A DNA stretch of 64,000 bases from contig CAVNZM010000014.1 in NCBI GenBank assembly GCA_963693365.1, positions 5,952,001 through 6,016,000 on the forward strand. The letters are read 5' to 3'. Made by a program: the position numbers and the translations under genes. Positions 1 through 12,976 of the stretch are shown piece by piece (the stretch's first letter is position 1; each line of letters begins with the position of its first letter). Below the pieces are notes generated by a model that saw nothing but the letters and a program-made list of their open reading frames with translations, searched no databases and had not been told where the DNA came from. The DNA is from Amoebidium appalachense. Its lineage: Eukaryota; Protista; Ichthyosporea.

Positions 1-181
1 CCACAAATGGCGGTGTGCTTGTGTATCACAGTGGGCTTGTGCATAGCACGAAACCCTACTGGGGTGCTTAAAAGATGCTGTTACAGTAGAAATTGTCCCT
101 CTGTCAAATTGGGGTTCAGTGCCTTGCCGCAGGTGTCTCGTCATGCCAACATATTCCCCTTCCCCTCTCCCCCTCCCCCCC

Positions 182-212
<31 letters not shown>

Positions 213-405
213 GAAAAAAAAGAACAAAAAAAAAATAGAAAATAAGGAAAAGGACAACCACTCTTAGCACCTCCGAAACTTTGCTTGGGCATTTTTGTTA
301 ATGTCATACTCAGCACCACTGCGTTTTGGTGGGGCCTAAATTCAATACACCTACTTTCTAAACCATCACCACAACCGTTTAGTTTACTAAAAACTGCCGG
401 TCCAG

Positions 406-445
<40 letters not shown>

Positions 446-595
446 AGCCTGGCCTGTTTTGATATTAATTACTTTCCGGATTTTTTTTTCTTTCTTTCTT
501 TTTTTTTGGTTTGGGGAGAGGGGGAGAGGGGGGGTACCAAGATGCCTTTCCTGAGGACACAGGAGACTCTGTATGCTGTCTGTGTGTGTGGACGC

Positions 596-1128
<533 letters not shown>

Positions 1129-1764
1129 ACGCACGGGCCGCAAAGTTGTTGTGGGAAACCGGAATACAAAGCCGTGCTGTCCGGCAATATGAGATGCGAC
1201 AATGAGGAGCACTGCGACCCGTGTCTGAGGCTTATAGTAGTAAGCATGTACGAGTCTAACTAAGGCATCTTCTGTTCATATTCCCTTGCAGTTCAGAATC
1301 ATCATTTGTAGATTGATCCAAAAACTAAAAAAAAATGAATTCCAATTCCCCGAATAGCCAAGACAATATTGAAGTTGAGAAAGCTAGCAGAATGCGTGGT
1401 TCAACATACTTTGCTCATTGACAATTGTGATCAATTATAAGACAAGTGGGAAGTTGGAGGGTGGGGACTTGCATCATGAAAAGTATCTTCATAGGGTTTG
1501 AATCATTATTATTGCTTGCCCCCCACCCCCCTCCTCCCCCCTCCCCTCCTCCACTGTCCCATTCTCCCCCTCAACCCCCCCCCCCCCTCCCCCCGATGAA
1601 TAATATGTATCTGTATATGTATCCTACTACCTCATGCATGTCACGGTAGGGGCAGTTGGCACGTCTTGCACGGTGGGTGCTAGAGTGACCGTGCCGCGCG
1701 GCCGGGCTGCGTGACACGCTGGGTGGATCATCGTGGTTTAGGGGAGGTGTGAAGGGGAGGGGAA

Positions 1765-1815
<51 letters not shown>

Positions 1816-1909
1816 TGGCGGGGCGTGTGTGACGCACGATGCGCGTGTGCAGGCCTGGTGGGGAGGGGGGGGGGGGGGGGGGAGAGAGGCCTTGGGGGGA
1901 GGCCCCGGG

Positions 1910-1945
<36 letters not shown>

Positions 1946-3138
1946 GGAGGAGGGAGGGGGGAGGGGGCTGAGGTTCCGATACTGTAGTCGCTGCTCTGAA
2001 TTTGCGGCTCTGTTTACGTCATCAGATAATGATTATTTTTACGCTCAGTATTTTTAACCCCGTTTGTGACGTCCACGAAAATACTGATCGATCACTACTA
2101 TAGATAGAGCCTCATCGATATATCTGAGGTCACAGTTGTAGGGCATAAACATACGTATGTCGTATGTAAGCGTGTAATATACCATTGTGCCCGAGTAAAG
2201 CGAGTGGACATACGAGGCTTGGCATGATTAGTATGTAATGTGTTCTCACACACGCAGCTCTTCTAGAAGTTTGATGCCATGCGCACATGCACGTGGATCT
2301 AGCGGTGTGCCCCTGCCCATGCAGGCCACGGGGCCATGTAAAGTCTGCGAGTCCTGCTGTTGATCCACAAATTGAAGTACCAAAGTCGATCTTTGTTTCA
2401 GGAGGGAGGGGGAGGAGAGGGGGGGGGGGCAGGAGAGAGGTAAAAAAGCTACACCAGTACTTCCCCTGCCAGACGCAAACCTACATGATTCCTGCACACA
2501 GTCACCCAAGGCACGAGTGACATACACGTTGATATACACAGTCGTTTAAAAAACTAGTAGCATACACGTGGACGTGCGCACAGTCAAAAACAGCTTCACA
2601 TTGTTTAGGTCCATATAGAATACACACCCACACGCCCACACACAACACAAGTGAAGCACACCTGCATTGCATCACATCACACACCACAGAGAAACAATAC
2701 TTGTGCACATATTCACAAACACAAGAGTAGCATACACATGCACAGAGTCGCACACAACACAGTTTCACATTACCCCCTGATGCAAGCCTAACAAAATTTA
2801 ACACGAAAATAACCGTATTCCAAGCCATGTCTATACCATGCGAAACATACATATGCACCTGCAACACATCACATCCTCTGGACACGCAAGTTGTTGCTAC
2901 ATTCCACCTAAATGGGTATCCAGACCACACCCTCACTAATTGTAACAACTTACTCACGGGGACACTTGCATGGCGTATAACGTAATGGGTGCATTTATTA
3001 ACACATTGGTATAGGTGGAAACAGTAAGCACATCCGTGTAAACCTAATCTAACATAGTCTGAAACGGAAGGTACAGCGGGGGCCTCATGACAGCATGAGA
3101 ATACGTGTTGAATTGCACCGGTAACAGTTATTGGTACC

Positions 3139-3186
<48 letters not shown>

Positions 3187-3643
3187 AAAAAGAAGAAGAA
3201 GAAGAAGAAGAAGAAGAAGAAGAAGAATGGACTACCAATTTCCCTCCTCTCATATAAAAAAGTGTGGTTTGCTCCTCGACCTGCAACTTTAAGATGCAAA
3301 AACTCATTCATTCTTCACTTTCTAAACATTGGTGAGAAGGAGAAAGGGGGGGGGGGGGGGGGGGGAGAGATAGGAGGAGAGACAGGCTCACCAGCTAACA
3401 TTCCTAGCATACATACAAATAGCGAAGTACGACTGGTGACGGTCAGGTGACCTGTTTATAACCATCCTCCCCCCCCCCCCCCCCCCCCCACCACCACCAC
3501 CACCACCAAACCCCCCCCCCCCCCCCCCCCTTTCCCCACATCACCACACCACAACCACCAACCACACACCCACCCAAAGAGCACCCATGCCCTACCAATC
3601 ACCCGTCCACCTACAAATAACCAAATATGGTTTGCAATCTTCC

Positions 3644-4464
3644 TTATTTGGTTCTTTTGCCCTCGTCAATGAGAGCATCCAATTGGTCCCCCCACCCTGC
3701 CAGTGCTGCCACCCTCCTCACCCCCTCGTCTATGTCTCCAAGCACACACACGTCATCATCCGGATCAAACGTCCCCACCAATTCCCTGCAAAATAAAATT
3801 ATAAATTAAGTATTAATTAATTAATTGAGCTCTTATGTAATGGTGTGAGCAGAGAGCGGTGATGGTGTGACCTTAGAGGTGTGCATATGCTCTAGCCTCT
3901 CAATCCGCCCTTTTATCCTCTTACCCCCCTCCCCTCCACCCCAACTTCCACTCCCCCTCCCCCTCCCCCCCTGCCTCGCCCCCCCATCCTTCTCCTCTCC
4001 TCTCCGTGCCCCCCCCCCCCCCCCCCCCCCCTCTCAACACACACAAACACACGCACACACCCCCTCCCCCCACCCCCTCCCCCACCCGCACCCTCAAACC
4101 CGTTTGTGTGTTTGTGTGAATTGTCCTTTTTTTTAAAAGACATTTTTAAGACATTCATCTTCTCAGTCCGTGGATGGGTGGGTGGTGTTTGGAGGGGGGG
4201 GAGGGGGAGTGGGGGGAGGGAGTGGGGGGGGAGGGGGGGGGGGGGGGGGGGGGGGGCAGAATGTGGGAAAAGAGAAAGGGAAGTGTGTTCATGTACGACA
4301 GAAACCGGTCGTTGCAGAATTGTTAGTGGGTGGGTGAGCGAACGAGCAGGCGGGTTGGCGGGTTGTGTGTGTGTGTGAGAGGGGGGGGGGGGGGGGGGGA
4401 GGGGGGGGGGGGGGGGGGGGGGGATGGGGGAGGGGGTGGTGGTGGTGGTGGTGGTGGTGGTGGT

Positions 4465-4502
<38 letters not shown>

Positions 4503-4618
4503 ATACCGGTTGAATAGGGCCCTGGGCAAAGGGGAGAGCATATCGGGGATGAATTTGACGGGGGCAACCATTAACGAGGTGCCCATGACAATAACGAGGT
4601 CCGGGTGGGAGCTGGCCG

Positions 4619-4681
<63 letters not shown>

Positions 4682-5876
4682 GAAAGACCCGGGAGGGCGG
4701 GGGGGGGGGGGGGGGGGGGGGGGGGGGTGGATGGGTGTGTTGGCAGGTAGGCGCCGCCGGGGGGGGGGGGGGGGGGGGAGGGGGGGTGATGTATGCGTTA
4801 GAGGGTTGGAAATATGGAGGAGACAACAAAGAGCAACAACAAAGCGTCACAAAGGTGGGAAACCCAAAATCAAACAATTTAAGCGTACAGGCAGAAGACA
4901 CTTGAACAGAGCCCCTTATCGGGAGGGGGGGGGGGGGGGGGGGGGGGGCAGGAAAGGGGAGGGAAGGAGGGGGGGCCCACGGGAAGGTGGGAGGGAGGAA
5001 GAGAGAGAGGGGGGGGGGGGGGGGGGGGGGGCAGATGTTTTGGTCATAATCCAAGCACTGCAACACTGTAGACATAGACATCACGGTCCTAACCATCCCC
5101 CCTCCCCCCTCCCCCCTTCCCCAGGGAAAAAAAACCCAAAAAACTTCTAACCCCACCAGGTCCCCCCCCCCCCCCCCCCTCCCCCCCCCCCCCCCCCCCC
5201 CCCCTCCCCCCTTCCCCCCGGGGCCTGCCCCTTCCCGACATTAACCCCATCCTCACCCCTTAATCCAAAAGAAGCCCACGTGCGCTACATCATTCTCTCC
5301 CTGCACCCTTCCCCTCCCCTCCCCTAACCCACTCTTCATCCCTCTGCCCTTTCCTTTGCTACACAGCCTCGACAAAAACAAAAGGCCCCTCCCTAGATGT
5401 CCATACCCTCCCTCCCACCCCCCCACCCCCCCCCCCCCCCCCCCCCTCCCCCCGGTCCTCCACCTAAAAAAAAAAAAAAACCTTACACGACCCCAACAAC
5501 CACCCAAAACCTCTGCACACTAACTACCATCTCCTCCATCAGCCCAGTAATAGCCCCCCCCCCCCCCCCCCCCCCACCCTCTCTCTCCCCCCCCCCCCCC
5601 CCCTCCCCCCCCCCCCCCCCCCTCGCGTCTTCATCACAAAATACAGCTCCAATATGCCCCTACTTCTCCCACCTTTTACCCCAAATCCTCCCCACATATA
5701 GACCCCCTCCCTGCAAACACTTCTCTCTTCAAGTCCATCCTTCCATGATAACCCCCACCCACCTTCTTTCCCTTTGTCACGTGTGCTTGCACTTTCTCCG
5801 CCATCGTTTATCTCGTCCTCCTCATATCTCTCTCCTATCTCCCTATCTTCCATGTGCTCTCGAAAGAAGGAAACAT

Positions 5877-5907
<31 letters not shown>

Positions 5908-6254
5908 CACACACACACACACACGCACACCATTAACCACCTTCTTTCCCTTTGTCACGTGTGCTTGTACTTTTTCCACCCTCCGTTATCTCCCCCTCCT
6001 CGTTTCTCTCTCCATATATCTCCCTATCTTCCATATACTCTCGAAAGGAGGAAATATCTTCTTTCAAAGCGTCGGAAAAGGAAGAAGGAAGGCTCTCTCC
6101 AAAGAAAACGACATCTGGTTTAACTAGTGCACCGCACGCGGGGCAGGTGACAATACGGTCGGCCTGTTTGTGTGTGTGTGTGTGTATGTGTGTGTGTGTG
6201 TGTACGTGTACGTGTGTATGTGTGTGTGCGCGCGCCCGCGTGTATTGTGTGTGT

Positions 6255-6285
<31 letters not shown>

Positions 6286-7154
6286 GTGTGTGTGTGTGTG
6301 TGGTTGTGTGCGTGTGTGTGTTCAAGTGTACACATGCGTGCGTGTGCGTGTGCGTGTGTCTGTGACACGGGGATGGGGATGGTGTGTGTGTGTGTGTGAG
6401 TTTCTGAGCGGGGGAAAGAGGGGGAGAGAGGGGAAGGGCAGGAGTGAGAGATGGGACTTGGAGTGATTTTAAGTCAATTTTGTGGATGAAATGAGGTGCG
6501 TAAGCGGCAAAACAATAAAAAGAGGGTCAGAGGGGTACATCGTGTATCCTTGATGGCTGATCTACACACAACGTAGCCTCTTCTTTCTTGATCTCTCTCT
6601 TTTCTTCCCCTTTGCTTTCGTTTTGGGCGAGGGGCGCCAGTAGAGGGGGACGGGGGGAAGGGGGTGGGGAGGGGGGGGGGAAGGGGGGGAGGGGGGAGTT
6701 CAATTAAGGAGACTTGCAAGATAGGTAGGACGGTGCTAAGAGGAATGGAGAGGTGGGATGGGGAGGGGGTGGGGGGAGAGGGGCTTTCGGGGAGAGAGAG
6801 AAAGGGGGGGGGGGGATCATTTGTTCAAGGGGATGAGTGGGTAGAAAGAAAACACAAGAAAGGAGGACAGAGGGACGGCGGGTCGGGGGGGGGGGGGGGG
6901 GGGGAGGGGGGGAGGGGGGGGGGGAGGGGGGGGGGGGGGGGGGGGGGGGGGGAGTGTGGTCAACGGAAAAGTACCATTAACAGCAGGTGCTGAAATGTGT
7001 AAAAACCTATAAAGTCACACATACACATGGCGAGAGAAGGTAGAAACACACACACACAGCATCCAACGCAGATAGAGCCCGTGGGGAAAGAGGAAGGGGT
7101 CAGAAAGAGGGTCTGAAATGCCATACGATCGATCACACAAACAGCGACACGCCC

Positions 7155-7195
<41 letters not shown>

Positions 7196-7963
7196 CACAA
7201 TAAGCAACACAAATAAACCCCGGATGCCCAATAAAAAGTGGAGCCATATGATTAACAGGGTTTGAAATAACGGCACACACCCTGACAGCGTCTCTCAGCT
7301 CATCCATGCTATAGGGCTCACTGCATGCCGGGTTGATGCAGTGCGCTGTCCGGTCACCACCGTGGCACTGAACCACTAGATCGGGACGCAGACCTGCACG
7401 GAATTCAAGCCCTGTGCGCGCGCGTGTGTGTATGTGTGGGTGGATGGGTGGGTGTTTGGGGGGTAGGGGGGGAGGAGAAGAGAGAGAGGGGGGGGGGGGG
7501 GGGGGGGGGGCAGGGGGGAGGGGAAGGGGAGGGAGGAGTAGGGGAGAAGAAGTGGGTGGAGGAGGGGAAGGGGTGTGTGTGGGTGGAGAGGGCAGGGGGA
7601 CGGGAGACTGGGGGAGGGGGGGGGGGGAAGGGGTAAATCTGTGTGTGTTGGGCAAGGGGGAGAGGGGGAAGGGAAGGGGGGTGAGTGAGTGAATGACTGG
7701 GTGTGTGTGTGTGTTTGAGTATTTTCGTGGTGTGTATGTGCATTCATTGACTTCGTGGGAAAGGAGGGAAGAGAGGGAGCTTTATTCTTTTCCACAAGGG
7801 GGTGGGGGAAAGGAGATATATGTGCGTGTTTACAAATGCGGGCTACATAATGTGCCTGTATATGTGTATCTGTGTGTGTGTGTCTGTGTGGGGAAGGGGG
7901 GGGGGGGGGGGGTTAGTCATTAGAAAAAACACAACAACACAGATATATTTGAGATCGGGTGTG

Positions 7964-7994
<31 letters not shown>

Positions 7995-7995
7995 T

Positions 7996-8030
<35 letters not shown>

Positions 8031-8595
8031 GGTCACAGGTGAAGGTGCGAGAAATGAAAGGAAGTGGAGGAAGCGTGTGACAGCATGGTATTCGAGCCGA
8101 AAAGAACCTAGAAGTTTGAAAAGTACAAGGGTAGAGAAAAGTGGACGTGAGGTAGGCTGGGGGTAGGGGGGGGGGGGTAGGGGGGTTTGAATGCGGAACA
8201 CAGTACGAAGTACGCATACACGATGAGAAGCATGGTGCAGGACACATGCAAAGGCAAACATTCAAGTATGCAACATCAGCCATGCGCACAGTATGCGTCA
8301 TAAGCAGAGCCCATCCTCAGGGAGGGCCCAAGTCATCAATTGCGTCTGAGTTTCGACCCCTTAGCCCGCGTATATACGACGCTCCAACTCAGACAGCAGC
8401 ATCAACTGAACTTGGGTGGGTCAACCCGTCTTGATCAAAGACGAGCAGGGTTGCTTATGCAAGCAAGGTGAGCAGAACGGTGAAGATGTGTGTGCAAACT
8501 AATGCAGTGCAGCGAAAAACGCGTATGTGCTTACAGATGCACGACACAGAGCAACCATGCCCGGTTGCATGGAAGTAAAGATGTCTGGGGGAGAA

Positions 8596-8628
<33 letters not shown>

Positions 8629-8765
8629 TAGAGAGAGAGTGTGTGTGTGTGAGGGGAGGGGGGAGGGGGAGGGGGGGGGGGGGGGGGGTAGATGGATGGT
8701 AAATTAGCATGCTCGTGTCGTCACATGTGGTATTTATGGTCTGTGTGTGCCTGCAGGGGGGAGAA

Positions 8766-8821
<56 letters not shown>

Positions 8822-9624
8822 AGTGCAGAACACGGTACAAGGTAAAACTACGCAAAGAGAAACACGGTGCATGACTCATCCAAACATTTCAGTATGCAAT
8901 ACCAGCCGGAGGGATGGAAAGCAAGTGGAGGGGAGGGAGGCGGGGGGAGGGGAAGGGGGCCCAACAAAACTCACCATCAATATTCTGTGTGTAAATTCGT
9001 CTCAGCAATCCCTTGTCCTGGAGCAGACGAAGAAAATAGTGGCAAGGGGTGGGTTTAAACGGTTCCTCGGTTGCGTAAAACAGTTTTTTGCTCAAAAGGT
9101 AGAACGGACGGGGGTTGTTTCGGAAAAATTCGATGCTGAAAATTTGTGTGGGGTCGTCAAAATCGACACCCACATCGTACGTGTCCAAAATGGCGTAAAG
9201 CCCGTTTTCCGACCTGAAATCCGGAATTCCGGAACTGGTGGAGATGCCTGCCCCGCTGACCACGATGATATTTCGGTATTTTCCCTCTGCCAATTTCCGT
9301 GCAAACTCCTCCAGCGCAGGCTCCCTCGAAACCAAGCTTTCCGAATTTCCTTCGACATTCCCCAGTTTTTCATCCCCTCCCTTCTCTTCGCTTTTGCCCC
9401 CCTCCGCCTCGCTTACCGTCTTCGCAGACCCGCTCGGTTCCCCCCCGCTCTCACTCTCGTCGGTAAATTTCAACTCCGAAAAAACCCTTTGTAGTCTCTC
9501 CAGGGTGGGGCTGGTGATGTAAGAATCGCACCGAAAGCACCAGACAGATAGATCAGCCAGGGAGAGAGCATAGTCGCATTCCACGGATGCTTCTGCGTGT
9601 TCCGCCATGTGCCCGTTCACATAT
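3644..9624 (-). CDS. NAD-dependent deacetylase, class I sirtuin (SIRT2/Hst2-like) with N-terminal zf-UBP (HDAC6-type BUZ) domain; 5' partial
   Basis: Exons 9624-8975, 7411-7281, 6163-5941, 4618-4507 and 3785-3644, all GT-AG with matching phases. Motifs: YVNGHMAEH...ALSLADLSVWCFRCDSY (C-terminal half of zf-UBP); GAGISTSSGIPDFRS; FKPTPCHYF; YTQNIDGLE; CHG...C..C; CPAC..VKPDVVFFGE; GTSL.VAP; FNRELVG...GDIDEG...LAGW; TAA stop at 3646-3644. Confidence 0.92.
4789..4915 (-). repeat. Intronic dispersed repeat, family A copy
   Basis: Its reverse complement aligns almost end to end with 50634-50758 (GGGCTCTGTTC...CTTCTGCCTG.ACGCTTAAATTGTTT...CCTCCATATTTCC.ACCCTCTAACGCATACA). Confidence 0.9.
5763..5875 (-). 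repeat. Diverged duplicate of the 3' half of sirtuin exon 6163-5941, including its 5' splice site
   Basis: 5763-5875 closely matches 5941-6055; on the minus strand both end GACAAAGGGAAAGAAG|GT. Confidence 0.85.
8184..8315 (-). repeat. Intronic dispersed repeat, family B copy
   Basis: Reverse complement reads GATGGGCTCTGCTTATG...TACTTCGTACT...CGCATTCAAAC, matching 46722-46824 and 54261-54377. Confidence 0.8.
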
Positions 9625-10236
9625 CTGTAGGGGAGGCCGGGGGGAGGGGGGGGGGGGGGAGAAGGGGGTTGAGGGGGGGGGGGGGGGGGGGGGAGGGGGG
9701 AAGGAGGGGGTGTTGCTGTATAAGTGCCAAACCAAGTGCTGTTGTTGGTGATGGGGGGGGGGGGGGGGGGGATATGGGGAAGAGTAATGGGATTTTTCTT
9801 TTCAGGGGGGGGGGGGGGGGGGGGGGGGGGGAGGGGGGGAGGGGGCTTTGTGTCTACCCTGAACCTAATCTGTTGTCGTTTTCCTTCAGATGTGAGCATT
9901 AATTAGAAGAAAGAGGATTAAGAAAGCCATATCATAGTGGCCCCAAAGGGAAGGCTATAAACGGGAAGGCGAAAGAAAGGGGGGGGGGGGGGGGGGGAGA
10001 AGAGAAGAAAAGACAGATGCACGAGTGGGTAGATGGTTGGAAGCAAAGACGGGGGAGGTCGGGCGGGCCGTGAGGAGAGGGTGGGGTGGGGGGTGGGAGG
10101 TGGGGCGGCTTATAGGACAAATACGGCATCAAACAATAAGAAGAATTGATTAAGGATAGCAACACTGGAATACGGGAATGTTTGCGGTAACGTAGTCGCA
10201 CTAGGGGGGCAGGGGGCCAGGCCCCAAGTGTTTAAA

Positions 10237-11629
10237 ATGAAGCCAGGCTGCCCTAAGGGCACAACACAGCGCCCTGGGCATAAAACAGGCGGAGCTAGGG
10301 AGGGAGCTGGGCGCAAAAAAAAAGATGCTGCATTTGTTCAGCCTTTAGCGAACTTTGCAGGTTTTGGGACGGCAAACAAAGCTGTTTTGCAGGAACTAAA
10401 CGTAAACGTACAACCCGAACAGCCCCCTCTATCTAAGGCCGCCGACATAAGGGCCCGTGTAGTTGAGGCAGGTAGCGTCCATTCGTTACCAAGAGAAATG
10501 GATCGGGCCCCTGCTCCACACCCACCAGACATACAGGTGCAACCCGACGAGGAACCTTTGCTAAATGCAGCAGCAGATGCGTACCGGGTAGACGAGGATG
10601 AAGGGGAGGAAGAGGGAGAAGATAATACGGACGGGGATGACGGTGGAGAGGAGTTTTCTGACGCGGCGGGCGAAACAATCAAGTCGCACCTGCACACAGT
10701 GAAAGAGAGTCTCAAAGATGAGAAGACGCCTGTGGGGTGGCATCTTCCACCTCCCATTATAGGCTTTAAATTTGGGGGCGATCCAGCGCCTTTCTACAAA
10801 CCCAGATGTTTTGCCTGGCTTCCGGAAAGGTTGTCTCCCGGTTTCATGGTGCCGTGCCCCTTCGATGATCACTACGTGGACCCCCACAACCACCCCAACC
10901 CACACCGTACTTCTCGCAATGGGTTCATGAGCAACCCCGTAGGACGGCGTGTTATCGACTTTGACAGCTGCTACTACATTATCACGGCCCGGTACTTTTG
11001 TGACACATGCAAAAAAAACTTTGCCGGCACAAACCCCCAGACAATTAAACGCCTTCCACTCTTCATGCGTGATCAGTTTCCGGCCTACCTTAGCCACCGC
11101 AGTGGGCTCGACCTAAAGGTGGTAACATTGTTGCGTGCACTGGCAGACAAAGGTGTGGGCCCAAACGCCTTTGCCACCCTCCTCTCGGAGCTCCACAAGC
11201 AGCGATACGACGAGCAGCGGCTCCTGTATTACTCGAGGGCGCTGCATTGGACCAAGTATGAACTCAAAAAGCGTAACGATTTCCGCCCCCACGACCAGCG
11301 CCTGACAGAACTTCCCCCAGAGGAGCAGGCGGCTAAGTTCTCGGCGTTTGGTGACAAAAATGGTTACGCTGGACATGTGCCTTCAGGCAAGTGTGCACTG
11401 CATTTTGGGTGTGTAAATGGTCCCCATTGTTTTGTATGCACGTGCTTGGGCATTTTTTGGGTTGGCTTGGTAGGGTTTTGTTTTATTATTTTTTATTTTT
11501 TTTTTAGGGGGGGGGGGGGACTTGGAAATGGGTTTTGGAAGTGTGGTCAATAAGTTTCTATTATGGTGGTGGTGGATGTGTGGTGGTGGATGTGCGCCTG
11601 TGAGTGTGCGTGTACTTGTGGGTCCGTGT

Positions 11630-11660
<31 letters not shown>

Positions 11661-11927
11661 GGGGGAGGGGGAGGGGGGACATGGTGATGGATTAGGTGGT
11701 GGTGGTGGCAATCAGTCATGGTGGTGGTGGTGGTGGTGGTGGTGGTGGTGGGGGGGGGGGGGGGGGGGGGGGGGGAGGGGGCAGAGGGATCATCAGAGGG
11801 GTGAAAGCATAACGGTCCATGTACCAGTGAGTGTGCTTGGGAAATCGTGGAGAACTGTTATGCCTGAAATTAGATGGTGGGTGTGCGCATGTGTGTCTGT
11901 GTGTGTTGGGGGAAAGGAGGTGGAGAG

Positions 11928-11994
<67 letters not shown>

Positions 11995-12167
11995 TGGTGG
12001 TAGACTGGATCTTGGTGGCGGTACTTAATGGTTATTATAGTAGTGGCAGGAGGGTGTGGGGGGAAGGGCAAACGGACGTGCAGGGGACAAACTGCAGATG
12101 GGGCACAAAGGGGAAAGAAGGTGAAAGTTGGTGCAATGACTTGGAGGGTTTGCGCGCGCCGGGGAGG

Positions 12168-12213
<46 letters not shown>

Positions 12214-12649
12214 AACGGCCGGAGATGGGTGTGTAGCGTTTTTGAGATGGGAAAAGCCATACAGACTTACGAAAATACAGAGAGGTGAGATGAACACGAG
12301 GGACTAGAGGGAATGGGGGGGATGGTCCTGATGGGAGGGTGGTGGAGTTCTAACAGTACTTGGGGTTCAGGCAAATACCTGAGTGCCGTGTATACTGAGT
12401 TCAGCGACCGCACGGCAAAGTACCAGAGCCTGGACACGCAGCTCAAGCCCGTAAACAACGTGCTCAAGGCCGACCACACCTTCCAAATTGGGAAGCTCAC
12501 CGGCATCAATGGGGAGCCTCTGTACCGAGGCCTATGGACTTGTGTAAACGAGCTTGGCGGTGTGTGGTCCCTCCTCTTCTCCCCCCTCCCCCCACTCTCC
12601 CCCAGGCCCCCTTCCCCCCCTCCCCCCCCCCCCCCCACACACGCCCACC

Positions 12650-12680
<31 letters not shown>

Positions 12681-12910
12681 ACGCCCCCCTCCCCCCCTCC
12701 CCCCCCCTCCCCCCTCTAGGGCCTTTAAATCTCTTAGGCTCCACATTTAATGAGGTGGCACACTGTGAGTAGAGGTTTGTAGTATGTGGGTTTTGGGGAC
12801 AATTCTTGCCCTGTCGAGCAAAAACTAGGAAGCTCCAGATATGTGTGTATGTGTTTTTGCTGGGTAGAGATTGGGGTGGGCTGGGGTGGAGCTTTCTTTT
12901 GGCGGGGAAT

Positions 12911-12976
<66 letters not shown>

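Noticed and set aside
2246-3452. Possible extra sirtuin exons at ~3452-3393 and ~2391-2252
   Set aside because: The sirtuin ends with TAA at 3644 and these segments give no recognisable protein; they could belong to an unresolved neighbouring transcript.
9855-9935. Minus-strand frame YGFLNPLSSN*CSHLKEND resembling the missing zf-UBP N-terminus (possible TAA recoding)
   Set aside because: It contains in-frame stops, no exon for the following CxxC/WxCLxC part exists, and TAA is used as a normal stop in the sirtuin and transposase genes.
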